From: Candidatus Saccharibacteria bacterium CPR2
GTDB lineage: Bacteria > Patescibacteriota > Saccharimonadia > Saccharimonadales > QWHN01
Assembly (NCBI GenBank): GCA_021404905.1
Contig: QWHN01000001.1
Location: 66,162-130,161, forward strand
Reading direction: 5' to 3'
DNA: 64,000 bases
Shown: one piece after another, positions 8,386 to 17,639 of the stretch
Layout: each line of letters begins with the position of its first letter
How positions within the stretch are numbered: position 1 is the first letter of the stretch
Position numbers and translations under genes: made by a program
The notes under the pieces: model-generated
Told to the model about the DNA's origin: nothing
The model's input: the letters and a program-made list of their open reading frames with translations, nothing else
Databases searched by the model: none

Positions 8386-9612
8386 ATGTCTTATATAAAT
8401 ACGTATCGTACAAAAAATAATACTAATTCACGTTCACGAAAATGGAATAACAGTAGGCCTACTCGATCACGCTCAAAATCGCGCAGGATCGGGCAATACA
8501 TAGATCCAAGCCGATTTATAAAAATTGCCACTGCTTCAAACGAGAAGCCATACGAGCCAAAACATACTTTTTCCGATTTTTTGATTAGCGACAAGCTAAA
8601 ATCTAATCTGGCGGCAAAAAGATATATCACCCCTTCCCACATCCAAGACCAAGCAATCCCCATAGGTTTGAGCGGAAAAGATGTGATCGGCATCGCCAGT
8701 ACTGGTACGGGCAAAACCGCAGCATTTGCTATTCCTATCATTCAAAATCTAACAACCGACTCTAGTTCATCGGCAATTATAGTTGCTCCTACAAGAGAGT
8801 TGGCACAGCAAATCGAGGAAGAATTTCGGGAGCTCTCAAGAGGATGCGGCCTATACAGCACTTTGTTAATTGGTGGAGCAAGTATGGGTAGACAACTAAG
8901 CGAGCTTAGGCGAAACCCACGTATAATCATTGGTACTCCGGGCCGCATAATGGACCATTTAAAGCGCCGGGCTTTAAGATTAGACAAGTTCAATCTGGTT
9001 GTGCTGGACGAAGTAGATCGCATGCTTGATATGGGTTTTGTCCAGGATGTTAGCGATATCTTAAAACAAACTAGTCAACAAAGGCAGATATTTTTCTTTT
9101 CCGCAACTATGGATACCAGGGTGCGTAAATTAATAGAGAACTTCTCTACCAATCCAACCACAATTTCTGTCAAAGCTGGTCTTGCAAGCGAAAATGTTCA
9201 TCAAGATGTTATAAAGTTCCAGCACAATAACGAAAAGCTGGATAAACTTCATGATATTTTGATAAACAAAGACGTATCAAAAGCAATAATTTTTGATGAA
9301 ACTCAACGAGATGTAGAGCATCTTGCAGTCGAACTTGTTTCTCGTGGTTTTTCTACCGAAGCACTTCATGGTGGTAAAAGCCAAGGTCAACGCAGAAGAG
9401 CTCTCTCAATGTTTAAATCCAACCAAGTGAATATACTCGTAGCTACAGATGTGGCAGCTCGAGGCATAGACGTTGCCGATATTACACATGTAATCAATTT
9501 TTCTATACCAAAGGTTTATGACGATTACATCCATCGCATTGGGCGAACCGGAAGAGCAGGTCGCGTAGGTTACGCGTTAACTTTTGTTGAAAATCGATCT
9601 AACTCATACTAA
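8386..9612 (+). CDS. DEAD-box ATP-dependent RNA helicase
   Basis: Q-motif region, GTGKTAAF (motif I), VLDEVD (motif II variant), SAT and HRIGRTGRAG (motif VI). A basic N-terminal extension is present. Confidence 0.95.
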   Translation: MSYINTYRTKNNTNSRSRKWNNSRPTRSRSKSRRIGQYIDPSRFIKIATASNEKPYEPKHTFSDFLISDKLKSNLAAKRYITPSHIQDQAIPIGLSGKDVIGIASTGTGKTAAFAIPIIQNLTTDSSSSAIIVAPTRELAQQIEEEFRELSRGCGLYSTLLIGGASMGRQLSELRRNPRIIIGTPGRIMDHLKRRALRLDKFNLVVLDEVDRMLDMGFVQDVSDILKQTSQQRQIFFFSATMDTRVRKLIENFSTNPTTISVKAGLASENVHQDVIKFQHNNEKLDKLHDILINKDVSKAIIFDETQRDVEHLAVELVSRGFSTEALHGGKSQGQRRRALSMFKSNQVNILVATDVAARGIDVADITHVINFSIPKVYDDYIHRIGRTGRAGRVGYALTFVENRSNSY

Positions 9613-9894
9613 TTGGTCGATGATAAGCTAAAGAGGTACAATGAAGATATGACGACTAATAAAAAAATCAAGTTTATTGAATCTGAAGAAGGAATTAAAG
9701 TAAAAAGAATACTGCGTTCCATGATGGACGATAAATCCTACAATACGTCCCCATGCTACAGCGCCAACAAAGATCTTTACCCAAACAACTTAATGTCTTT
9801 CGTAGATAAACATATGCAATATTTAAACGCACATCCGAATATTGATCCGAAACAATATATTGCGAATCTACGCCTGATAACCAGCATAAAATAG
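9613..9894 (+). CDS. hypothetical protein (start uncertain: TTG 9613 or ATG 9649)
   Basis: 93-aa ORF abutting the helicase stop. No motif recognised. Confidence 0.4.
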   Translation: MVDDKLKRYNEDMTTNKKIKFIESEEGIKVKRILRSMMDDKSYNTSPCYSANKDLYPNNLMSFVDKHMQYLNAHPNIDPKQYIANLRLITSIK

Positions 9895-9940
9895 ATCCGT
9901 CCCGGAAAATAAATTTATTGCTTATTTAGCGCTTTTTAAG

Positions 9941-10342
9941 CTATTCGTGCCCGAGTAAAAAATCTATCCATTGTCCGAAATTGCTCTTTTGTTCAGATGA
10001 ATTTTCTTCTTCATTATTCTGCTGTTCTGGTTTCGACTGGTTTTGAGCTTGATTGGGTAAGATCAAAACGTTTTCGCCTTTTGAAACTAGGTTGAATTTA
10101 CGCTTTGCCTCAAGTTCCAAAAACGCGTCAGTCTTATAGTATTCATTGCTAAGCTTCAGATTTTCATTTTCCAATTCCAGAAGCCTTACTTCCTCTTGAA
10201 GCCTACCGACTTCTTGTTGAAGCCCGTAGTTTTTTTGAACAACTTTGGCTGTATTCCAAACCAGGTATCCGGCAATCAGGGCTGACGTCAGCAAAACCAA
10301 GCTACGAGTGGAAAATAATGTTTTTAGCGGATTTTGTTTCAT
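9941..10342 (-). CDS. septum formation initiator family protein (FtsB/DivIC-like)
   Basis: N-terminal TM segment, then a coiled coil (LQQEVGRLQEEVRLLELENENLKLSNEYYKTDAFLELEAKRKFNLVSKGENVLIL), typical of FtsB/DivIC. Confidence 0.75.
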   Translation of the reverse strand: MKQNPLKTLFSTRSLVLLTSALIAGYLVWNTAKVVQKNYGLQQEVGRLQEEVRLLELENENLKLSNEYYKTDAFLELEAKRKFNLVSKGENVLILPNQAQNQSKPEQQNNEEENSSEQKSNFGQWIDFLLGHE

Positions 10343-10499
10343 GTTTGTTTTCCATCAGAGAAATACTCTGATTTTATTTTACACGCTAAAGAATTATTAG
10401 AAAAATACGAAATGAAAATTACTAACTAAAGATTATCAGATAAACAATAAAGCTGATGGGGATGGCAAGATTTTAACCTGCTATATAGGAATGCCCCCT

Positions 10500-10575
<76 letters not shown>

Positions 10576-10720
10576 ACCAAGGAAACACTACTTGTCCACC
10601 GAAGCTTTGGCGTAGGCGGAAGCTATATCCCCTGAGAAACATACGAATTATATTATCATTTATCAGATGAGAAGTATCAAGTGGTTTAGGATAAATTTCT
10701 CAAACACTAATTCCCATTTT

Positions 10721-11974
10721 CTACTTGCCAATTCCCTGCTCTCCAGACCCATCATTTCTCGCTATCCGAGCAATGGCTACTTCGTAAGCCGCGTCTTTAT
10801 AGGATATGCCCTGGGAACTTACGATATCGTGAATTTCATCTGTCGCATTAACGAGATATTTCTTCAGCTTTTTATAAACCTTTTGTTTACCCCAAATTTG
10901 GTTTTGCCTATTTTGCAACCACTCAAAGTAAGAGACAGTAACTCCTCCGGCATTGGCAATTATGTCCGGAACAACAACTACCTTATTTTTCGTTAGATAA
11001 TCGTGTGCTTTGTCCGATACTGGGTTATTAGCAAGTTCAACAATATACTTAGCCCTGCATTGTTTCATGTTTTTTTCTGTTATTGCGTCACTGAGCGCCG
11101 CAAGAATAAGTACATCGACATCAAGCGTGAGCAGTTCTTCGTTTGATACAAGTTTAGTATCTTGATTTTTCTTAGCAAAGTCTACTACTGATCTCCCTGC
11201 CAATTTCGCATCCATTACTTTTTTTGGGTCCAGGTTTTTCTCAGTAATTGAATAGACCCCACCAACAGAATCACTGACAGCTATAAGCTTGTATTTTTTA
11301 TTTGAGGCAATTAGCTCAGCAAAATGATAACCCACATTACCAAGACCCTGAATCGCTACGGTTTTTGGAAATTTTTCATTACGATTTTCTAAAATTCTCT
11401 CAAGAACATAATATCCACCCAGTCCCGTTGCTTCACTTCTCCCCCTGCTGCCTCCATTGTTTATCGATTTTCCCGTAAAAGCAGCTTTTGTTTGACTTTT
11501 AGTCGCCTTTTGATATTCATCAAGCATCCAATCCATAACTGATGAATCTGTATTTACATCTGGCGCTGGTATGTCTTTATCCTCACCAATATAAGGAGCA
11601 ATGAAACGCGCATAATTTCTAGAAAGCTCTTCCAAATCTTCTTTACTTAGAGTCCTAGGATCAACGGCTATTCCACCCTTTCCGCCCCCAAGAGGAAGGC
11701 CTATAGCTGCTGTTTTAAGTGTCATGAGCGTTGCCAGCGTAGCTACTTCAGATTTTGATACGCTGGGATGAAATCTAATGCCGCCCTTATGTGGCCCAAG
11801 GGAAGAATTATGTTGAATTCTATAAGCTTTAAAGCACTGTTTTGTTCTGTCCAAACATACTTCAAACTCAAATTCTGCCTTGTGTTCCAGTAAACTTTTT
11901 ACAGTTTTTTGAGGCAACCCCAATCTGCGACCAGTTTCAATAATTTTTCTTTTTAAGCCTTTATCCATAGACAA
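10721..11974 (-). CDS. gdhA: NAD(P)-dependent glutamate dehydrogenase (Glu/Leu/Phe/Val dehydrogenase family)
   Basis: GPHKGGIRFHP and LPLGGGKGG catalytic motifs, plus a GLGNVG dinucleotide fold. Confidence 0.9.
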   Translation of the reverse strand: MSMDKGLKRKIIETGRRLGLPQKTVKSLLEHKAEFEFEVCLDRTKQCFKAYRIQHNSSLGPHKGGIRFHPSVSKSEVATLATLMTLKTAAIGLPLGGGKGGIAVDPRTLSKEDLEELSRNYARFIAPYIGEDKDIPAPDVNTDSSVMDWMLDEYQKATKSQTKAAFTGKSINNGGSRGRSEATGLGGYYVLERILENRNEKFPKTVAIQGLGNVGYHFAELIASNKKYKLIAVSDSVGGVYSITEKNLDPKKVMDAKLAGRSVVDFAKKNQDTKLVSNEELLTLDVDVLILAALSDAITEKNMKQCRAKYIVELANNPVSDKAHDYLTKNKVVVVPDIIANAGGVTVSYFEWLQNRQNQIWGKQKVYKKLKKYLVNATDEIHDIVSSQGISYKDAAYEVAIARIARNDGSGEQGIGK

Positions 11975-12085
11975 TTCCCGTACTATTTATACTCTCGATT
12001 TTCTTTTTGTAAATTGCTTATGCCGTTTACGGATCATGCGGTTCGGTTTAAAATGTATTAAGTTAATGCTTATGCTCAAACGTAA

Positions 12086-12928
12086 ATGAAAAAAATGGTT
12101 TTCAATCCATCAAAACGGTTTGTGTTAGCCCATGTGATGGTGCCTTTGCTCGGAATACCTATAGTTATAGTGATACCGAAAATTGAATATGCTAGCGGCA
12201 GCACCTACGTGCCTACAATGAGTTCAATAGGCACAATTACACTTATACTTTCCATAATAGTTATAATAACTTCTCAGCTAGCCTATATTGGCACTAAAGC
12301 CAGTAAATCTCTTAGGGTTTGGTTTGGCATAAGCAATGTACTTACTGTCTGGGTTTTATTTATATTTACGCCCTCGCCCGTAGTAAGAAATTACGAAAAG
12401 ATTCGTGCTTATGGCAATGAAGACCACTCTATTTACGAACACGTATTGTTCTTTATAGTGGTCACGGTAATTTTTTACGGAATTTCGTATACGCTAATGA
12501 GTATAATTAAATACACTCAAATTAGTAAAAGCGAGTTTATAAAAAATAATTATGGCGAAGTTGAAACACCCTTAATTCTCATAATTATTGGAACTATAAT
12601 TGTCGCTTCTATTTTAGGGGGAGCAGGCATGATAGTTATGTTTGCTCTTTTAGTTTTTACTACCAATCTGCTTTATTTAGGATCTGCTTTTGTCAATTAC
12701 CATTCATTAATTGCTTTGTTGGTATCAATTTTTGCTGTCATAGCAACAGTTAAGTATTTCAAAGCGGCTAGGATAAATACAGATCTGCAAAAACACTCGG
12801 ACGCGTTTTTTAGAACTTCTTGGTCCGCTAATATACATCTTTTATCGTATTATATAATATGGTTATTCTTTACTATTTGGTACGGACATCTTTGGCCAGT
12901 TACGTCACTTAAAAACTTACCACTCTAA
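12086..12928 (+). CDS. polytopic membrane protein, paralog 1 of a tandem pair
   Basis: 280 aa with about 8 TM segments. It is collinear with the next ORF (..TNLLYLGSAF.. vs ..TNVSYLGTVF..; both end with an IW..F.T.W motif). Confidence 0.7.
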   Translation: MKKMVFNPSKRFVLAHVMVPLLGIPIVIVIPKIEYASGSTYVPTMSSIGTITLILSIIVIITSQLAYIGTKASKSLRVWFGISNVLTVWVLFIFTPSPVVRNYEKIRAYGNEDHSIYEHVLFFIVVTVIFYGISYTLMSIIKYTQISKSEFIKNNYGEVETPLILIIIGTIIVASILGGAGMIVMFALLVFTTNLLYLGSAFVNYHSLIALLVSIFAVIATVKYFKAARINTDLQKHSDAFFRTSWSANIHLLSYYIIWLFFTIWYGHLWPVTSLKNLPL

Positions 12929-12929
12929 A

Positions 12930-13778
12930 ATGAAAATACTACCAATCCCAGAACACCTAAAAAGACCCGCAGTAATTTTGCTTGCTGTTGGAATAATTTT
13001 AGCTATTGGATTGCCTTTAATCGACAAATCATTTGAAAATCATATTCAGCCATCAGTGATTTCATTTAGAGGTGTTGGGCTAGCAATGTTAATTCTTACG
13101 ATTTATACAGCCTATTCTTGCCTCAAGACGCATCACACCGGTACGGCAAAACTTACTATTTACTTCATCATGTACAACATCTTGATTATTGCGATGAAAT
13201 ACGTAGTTGCGCCACTGACTTTAGAGACTTCTGATTCAGAGTCTAGAGTGCGAAATTTAGGGATGAGAACCATATTTCAAAATCTTCTGGTCGCATTTCT
13301 AACAGCTCTAGTGGTTTTCTTTATCTATTACACAGTGTTTGCAATTGTGCGCCATATAAATATTCGTCGTAGCGAAGTTATGAAAGCTACACCCGGCGGT
13401 CTTAAAACCTCAATTGGGCTGATTATTGTAAGTATATTTTTATTCAGTATTATATTTGGCGGCTTAAGTGGATTCGCTTTTCTGGCAATACTTCTTTTTG
13501 AGACGAATGTTTCGTATTTAGGCACGGTTTTTACTAGTGTCTATTCATATGCAATAGTAGTTTTAATTATATCTGCGACGGTAATGGCTTATCTGACTTT
13601 TAGGGAAGCTGCGAAAGTTACTGACAGAACCAAGGATTCTAAAGTTTTCACCAACACAGCATCCTTGGGGCTTATGTTATTAATAGTCTATCATCTAATT
13701 TGGATTGCCTATTTTACCACCCTCGAAACAATCTGGCCGTTTAAAATTGTTGAGTCTCTTTTTGGCAGCATATTTTAG
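12930..13778 (+). CDS. polytopic membrane protein, paralog 2 of a tandem pair
   Basis: 282 aa. It starts 1 nt after the paralog 1 stop and has the same TM architecture. Confidence 0.7.
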   Translation: MKILPIPEHLKRPAVILLAVGIILAIGLPLIDKSFENHIQPSVISFRGVGLAMLILTIYTAYSCLKTHHTGTAKLTIYFIMYNILIIAMKYVVAPLTLETSDSESRVRNLGMRTIFQNLLVAFLTALVVFFIYYTVFAIVRHINIRRSEVMKATPGGLKTSIGLIIVSIFLFSIIFGGLSGFAFLAILLFETNVSYLGTVFTSVYSYAIVVLIISATVMAYLTFREAAKVTDRTKDSKVFTNTASLGLMLLIVYHLIWIAYFTTLETIWPFKIVESLFGSIF

Positions 13779-14344
13779 TGATACCGGTTTTCTAGACTTT
13801 CGCGCCCATATTTTAAAACTTTTGCCATCCAAACCAGTTCTTCAAACGCAGTGTTAATTAATTTTCTATAAAGTTGTTCGTCTCCAATAAAATTACCTTT
13901 TTTATTAAACAGCTTATCTACTTCAGGAAAATGAACATCACTAAAAGTGTATACAAGCCCTAATTCTCGAAAAACAGGCGCTAGCTGTTCTATTACTCTT
14001 GCGCCCCCGAAAATGCCCGAAGACACTCCAGCAACTGCAACCGGTTTGTGGATATAGTTTTTTAGCTCGCTATCTAACATGCGTTTCAATGTTCCTGGAA
14101 AGCTGTGGTTATACTCGGGTGTGACTACAAAGAAAGCATCTGCCTGAGCAGTTATTTTTGTATATCTTGGGTCTTTAACCTGTTCATCTTTTCCATCCAG
14201 TGGAAAGTTAAATTCTTTTGGATCTACGATAAACGTTTCTACGCCATCTATTTCAGTAGTAATTGAGTTAACATATCTTGCTACCAGACTTGATTTATTG
14301 TTTGGTCTCGTAGTGCCCAGTAAAATAGGGATGTTTAACACCAT
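13775..14344 (-). CDS. NAD(P)H-dependent FMN reductase family oxidoreductase
   Basis: ILLGTTRPNNKS.., VVTPEYNHSFPGTLKRMLD and a flavodoxin-like pattern. Confidence 0.8.
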   Translation of the reverse strand: MVLNIPILLGTTRPNNKSSLVARYVNSITTEIDGVETFIVDPKEFNFPLDGKDEQVKDPRYTKITAQADAFFVVTPEYNHSFPGTLKRMLDSELKNYIHKPVAVAGVSSGIFGGARVIEQLAPVFRELGLVYTFSDVHFPEVDKLFNKKGNFIGDEQLYRKLINTAFEELVWMAKVLKYGRESLENRYH

Positions 14345-14414
14345 AGTGCTAGCTCCGTTTATTACTAATAAATAGTAGCAAGATCAAATATTTAAGTGAA
14401 TGGTTAACTATTGT

Positions 14415-15074
14415 TCAGAATATACCCAGTATTTCCTTAATATCACGGATTATACCCCTGTCTCTCACCCACCATGGTTTATTTTCTTGCGCGTAACCCT
14501 TCCAGCGCTTTCTTTCGCCTTTAAGAATTCGTTCGTTCCCGCCGCCAGGATAAATTTTTTCTTTACGGTCTGCCCATAAAATCTTGGCAACAAATTTCAT
14601 TCTTTGACTGGTGAGTTCAGAGAGCTGTTGCTTTTGTTCTATGTTTAACTTGCTTATTAACTCATCTTGCTCTTTAGGGGTCAAAAGCTCCTCAAATATT
14701 TCAGTAACATCCAGGGGGGTGTCTGATAAAACTGTAACATGAGATTGCGAATTAATTATCATTGAACGCTTCATTCGCGCCTGATGGAACATTCCTAACA
14801 ATTCATCCGCATCTGTTTCCGAAAAACTCCCAGGGTTGAGCTCACCCTTGGCAACTTGAAGCTCCAACTCTGACGGAACATAACCCCATCTTTGGGCAAA
14901 ATCTTCTTCTGTTTCAATCTTCGGCTCAGACTCCGGTATGCCAACCGTGTCAGCATAAACTGATGATATTTTATTTTCAATTGGGCCAGATAACGGTTTT
15001 GTTTCTATGCGAATTTCATCTGGATTATCTCCAAAAAGATGCATTTGTTCTGGTTCTGGACTAGTAGGTTGCAT
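14415..15074 (-). CDS. hypothetical protein
   Basis: 219-aa ORF with an acidic N-terminal half. No motif recognised. Confidence 0.55.
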   Translation of the reverse strand: MQPTSPEPEQMHLFGDNPDEIRIETKPLSGPIENKISSVYADTVGIPESEPKIETEEDFAQRWGYVPSELELQVAKGELNPGSFSETDADELLGMFHQARMKRSMIINSQSHVTVLSDTPLDVTEIFEELLTPKEQDELISKLNIEQKQQLSELTSQRMKFVAKILWADRKEKIYPGGGNERILKGERKRWKGYAQENKPWWVRDRGIIRDIKEILGIF

Positions 15075-15090
15075 GCGTCATATTATATCA

Positions 15091-15597
15091 CTATTTTTGC
15101 TTTTTGTCTATCCTGGCCTTGAGCTCAGTTAGAGCATCTTTCATCCACGGCCAAGCAAAGTCTTTTGTTGGCACGTCTTTTATTGGATGCCAAACTAAAC
15201 TTGCAACATCATCTCCAGGAATCAGAGTTCCAGATTTAATTTCCGCTATATACATGAGTGTGCAGTAAGATACGTCCTCATTATATAAACCGCAGTAAAC
15301 ACCAATCAAACTAATGTTCTTGATACTTAGGCCAGTCTCTTCTTTAACTTCACGTTTCAGGCCTGCAATTGGATCTTCATTAAATTCCAAAAAACCTCCA
15401 ATAACATCGAGCTTGCCTTTATGGGGTTTTTCTTTGCGAATTGCAAGTAATACGCTGGGTCCATTAACTATAAAAACTCCAGTAGATGCTCGGGGGTTGT
15501 TGTAAGTTGTTCGATGGCAAACAGTACATATATGTTCAGTTTGGGTTTTTTGTTTTAATTCACCAGCACACCACGAACAATAAGTAAAAAGTGTCAT
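15091..15597 (-). CDS. NUDIX hydrolase with N-terminal zinc ribbon (NudC-like architecture)
   Basis: CSWC..x..CTVCH zinc ribbon and Nudix box GGFLEFNEDPIAGLKREVKEETGL. Confidence 0.85.
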   Translation of the reverse strand: MTLFTYCSWCAGELKQKTQTEHICTVCHRTTYNNPRASTGVFIVNGPSVLLAIRKEKPHKGKLDVIGGFLEFNEDPIAGLKREVKEETGLSIKNISLIGVYCGLYNEDVSYCTLMYIAEIKSGTLIPGDDVASLVWHPIKDVPTKDFAWPWMKDALTELKARIDKKQK

Positions 15598-15701
15598 ATT
15601 TCTAATAGTTTATGCCTATTCATAACTTTTTTAAGTGTAACATTAAAGACCCAAGCTAACTGCCTGGGTCTTTATTTTATATTAACTAGTTTGGTGTCTG
15701 A

Positions 15702-15899
15702 TTATTTTTTCTTAAGTGTCAAAAAACCATTTCTTGGATTTTCAACAACTGTGTAACCAGAAGGTAGGTCGTTTACAGCTTCAGGTCTTTGGTCTTTTGC
15801 AAAGTAAAAAATTCTTTGCTGTTTACCGCCACGAAGTGTAACGTCCTTTGCATGTAGGTAGTATGTTACCCCTTTTGAATTGGTGTGTGAATACGCCAT
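15702..15899 (-). CDS. small conserved-looking hypothetical protein (65 aa)
   Basis: AAGGAGGAG SD 5 nt upstream of the ATG. A hairpin (GACCCA..TGGGTC, about 15640-15672) lies downstream. Confidence 0.65.
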   Translation of the reverse strand: MAYSHTNSKGVTYYLHAKDVTLRGGKQQRIFYFAKDQRPEAVNDLPSGYTVVENPRNGFLTLKKK

Positions 15900-16114
15900 T
15901 TCTCCTCCTTACTTTATATCTTGCGTATCCCCAACATACGCTGAAGGCACATCTCTTGTCAACTCTAATTTTCTCTAAATACAGATCAAACATTTGCCCT
16001 ACTACTGTTTATTAAGTGAAATGGATTACAATAATATAAGAGAAAAAACATAAGCCTATTGCTCTAAAAGCCAGCTTACGATACACTAAATTTTAGTTTG
16101 AATAAGGGGGTTAA

Positions 16115-16744
16115 ATGGAAAGATATAGACAAAATCAACCGCGAGTCACACCTATATCGCATAATAATTCTAGTGAAAACGTTAGTGAAGTTGGTTCTTC
16201 ACAATCATCAAGCACGCCCCCCGCACATGAAGAGCCAAAAAAACATTCCGGTGGATTTTTCCCCGTAGATCCATCTGCTTCAGTTAAGGTGTTGATCGTT
16301 GCTTTAATTATAGCCTCTGTTACTGTAACTATTGCGTTAGGTGGAAGCCTAGTCAAATCTCTTACTAGAGATGATGAAAATACAAGCTATGTTAAATCTC
16401 AGCAATACCAAGCAGTTTTTCTAGATAATGGCCAAGTGTATTTTGGCAAAATCGTTACAATAGATGAAAAATATGTCCAACTTAGCGATATTTATTACCT
16501 TCAAGTAGAAAAACAAGTGCAACCAGAACAAAAGAAAGAGGGAGAGCAATCAAACTCTGAATCTAGTAATACAGATCAGTCTGGAGACCCAAAAATTTCG
16601 CTCGCAAAACTTGGTAAAGAGCTTCACGGCCCAGAAGACGTAATGTATATAAGAAGTGACAAAATAGTATTCTGGGAAAATCTCAAAGATGAAGGCCAAG
16701 TGACCTCAGCTATAAACGAATACAAAAAATCACAGGGCCAGTAG
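16115..16744 (+). CDS. membrane-anchored hypothetical protein
   Basis: 209 aa: disordered N-terminus, one TM segment (VKVLIVALIIASVTVTIALGG), then an extracytoplasmic domain. Confidence 0.6.
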   Translation: MERYRQNQPRVTPISHNNSSENVSEVGSSQSSSTPPAHEEPKKHSGGFFPVDPSASVKVLIVALIIASVTVTIALGGSLVKSLTRDDENTSYVKSQQYQAVFLDNGQVYFGKIVTIDEKYVQLSDIYYLQVEKQVQPEQKKEGEQSNSESSNTDQSGDPKISLAKLGKELHGPEDVMYIRSDKIVFWENLKDEGQVTSAINEYKKSQGQ

Positions 16745-16746
16745 AG

Positions 16747-16853
16747 ATTAGAAAATAGCAACTGGGAATTAGAAATTGGGAAACAGCAACTGGGAATTAG
16801 TTTTTAAAAATATACTATTTTCTATTTCCTAATTGCTGTTTCCCAATTTCTAT
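16747..16853. repeat. intergenic long-hairpin element built from GCAACTGGGAATT / TTTCCCAATT words (copy A), probable bidirectional terminator
   Basis: TAGAAATTGGGAAACAGCAA (left arm) is perfectly complementary to TTGCTGTTTCCCAATTTCTA (right arm). There is an internal 18-nt direct repeat AGCAACTGGGAATTAG x2. The element sits between convergent genes. Confidence 0.7.
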
Positions 16854-16889
16854 ACTCTATACGTCATACTGCATACTCTATACTCCATA

Positions 16890-17504
16890 CTACCCATCGT
16901 TTTTCAGCTCTTGTCTTGCTATAGCGTATGCTATAAACCTGGAAACTAAAATTCCTGCAAGTATTATGGTTATTATTGAGGATATACCGGCCACATCAGG
17001 CGACCAAAGAGGCGCGTGAAAGTCATAAACATAAAGCTCTTTTGGAGGTAATTTTAATTCATCAGGGCTAGAGCCCGGAGAAGCATTGCTGGTCACATAA
17101 TCTTGAATGCATTGTGCTCTAGCTGTTAGAGGTATATTGGGATTTTCGCAGACTTCCTGAGCTTTTTGGTAAATCTGTGAATTACTTGATTCTGTAGCTT
17201 CCTTGCGAGCTTTTTGGACTGCGCGGTCGTAACTAGACCTTAATTCAACTGGGGGAATATTCGAATTCATATGTGAAAAAATGTAACCGCCAAGTTTTTC
17301 CAGGGCTTCTTCAATCCCCTCATTTTTTTCATCTGCGGCTAAAACCTTCTCTCTTAGCTCAATTGTTTTTAAGCTGTTTTGCCTTAGCAGCCACAAAGAT
17401 ACAATAGCCGAAGCAATAAATAATAAAATTATTTGCCAGGTTTTTATCTTACCCAACCATTCAAAATAACTTTTTAGATTTTTCTTTGTGGTTTTAACTT
17501 TCAT
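16890..17504 (-). CDS. hypothetical membrane protein (N- and C-terminal TM segments)
   Basis: 204-aa ORF. No motif recognised. Confidence 0.6.
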   Translation of the reverse strand: MKVKTTKKNLKSYFEWLGKIKTWQIILLFIASAIVSLWLLRQNSLKTIELREKVLAADEKNEGIEEALEKLGGYIFSHMNSNIPPVELRSSYDRAVQKARKEATESSNSQIYQKAQEVCENPNIPLTARAQCIQDYVTSNASPGSSPDELKLPPKELYVYDFHAPLWSPDVAGISSIITIILAGILVSRFIAYAIARQELKNDG

Positions 17505-17639
17505 GGATTTAAACTAAATTGCGCTAGCGTAACCTTTATGACAACACTATATCAATCATACTCCTGATTGCATACTCTAAAACAGTTGTCAAAAATGTCG
17601 CCACTGGATAGTGTTAGCAAAATGAGAGATACTGTTTTT

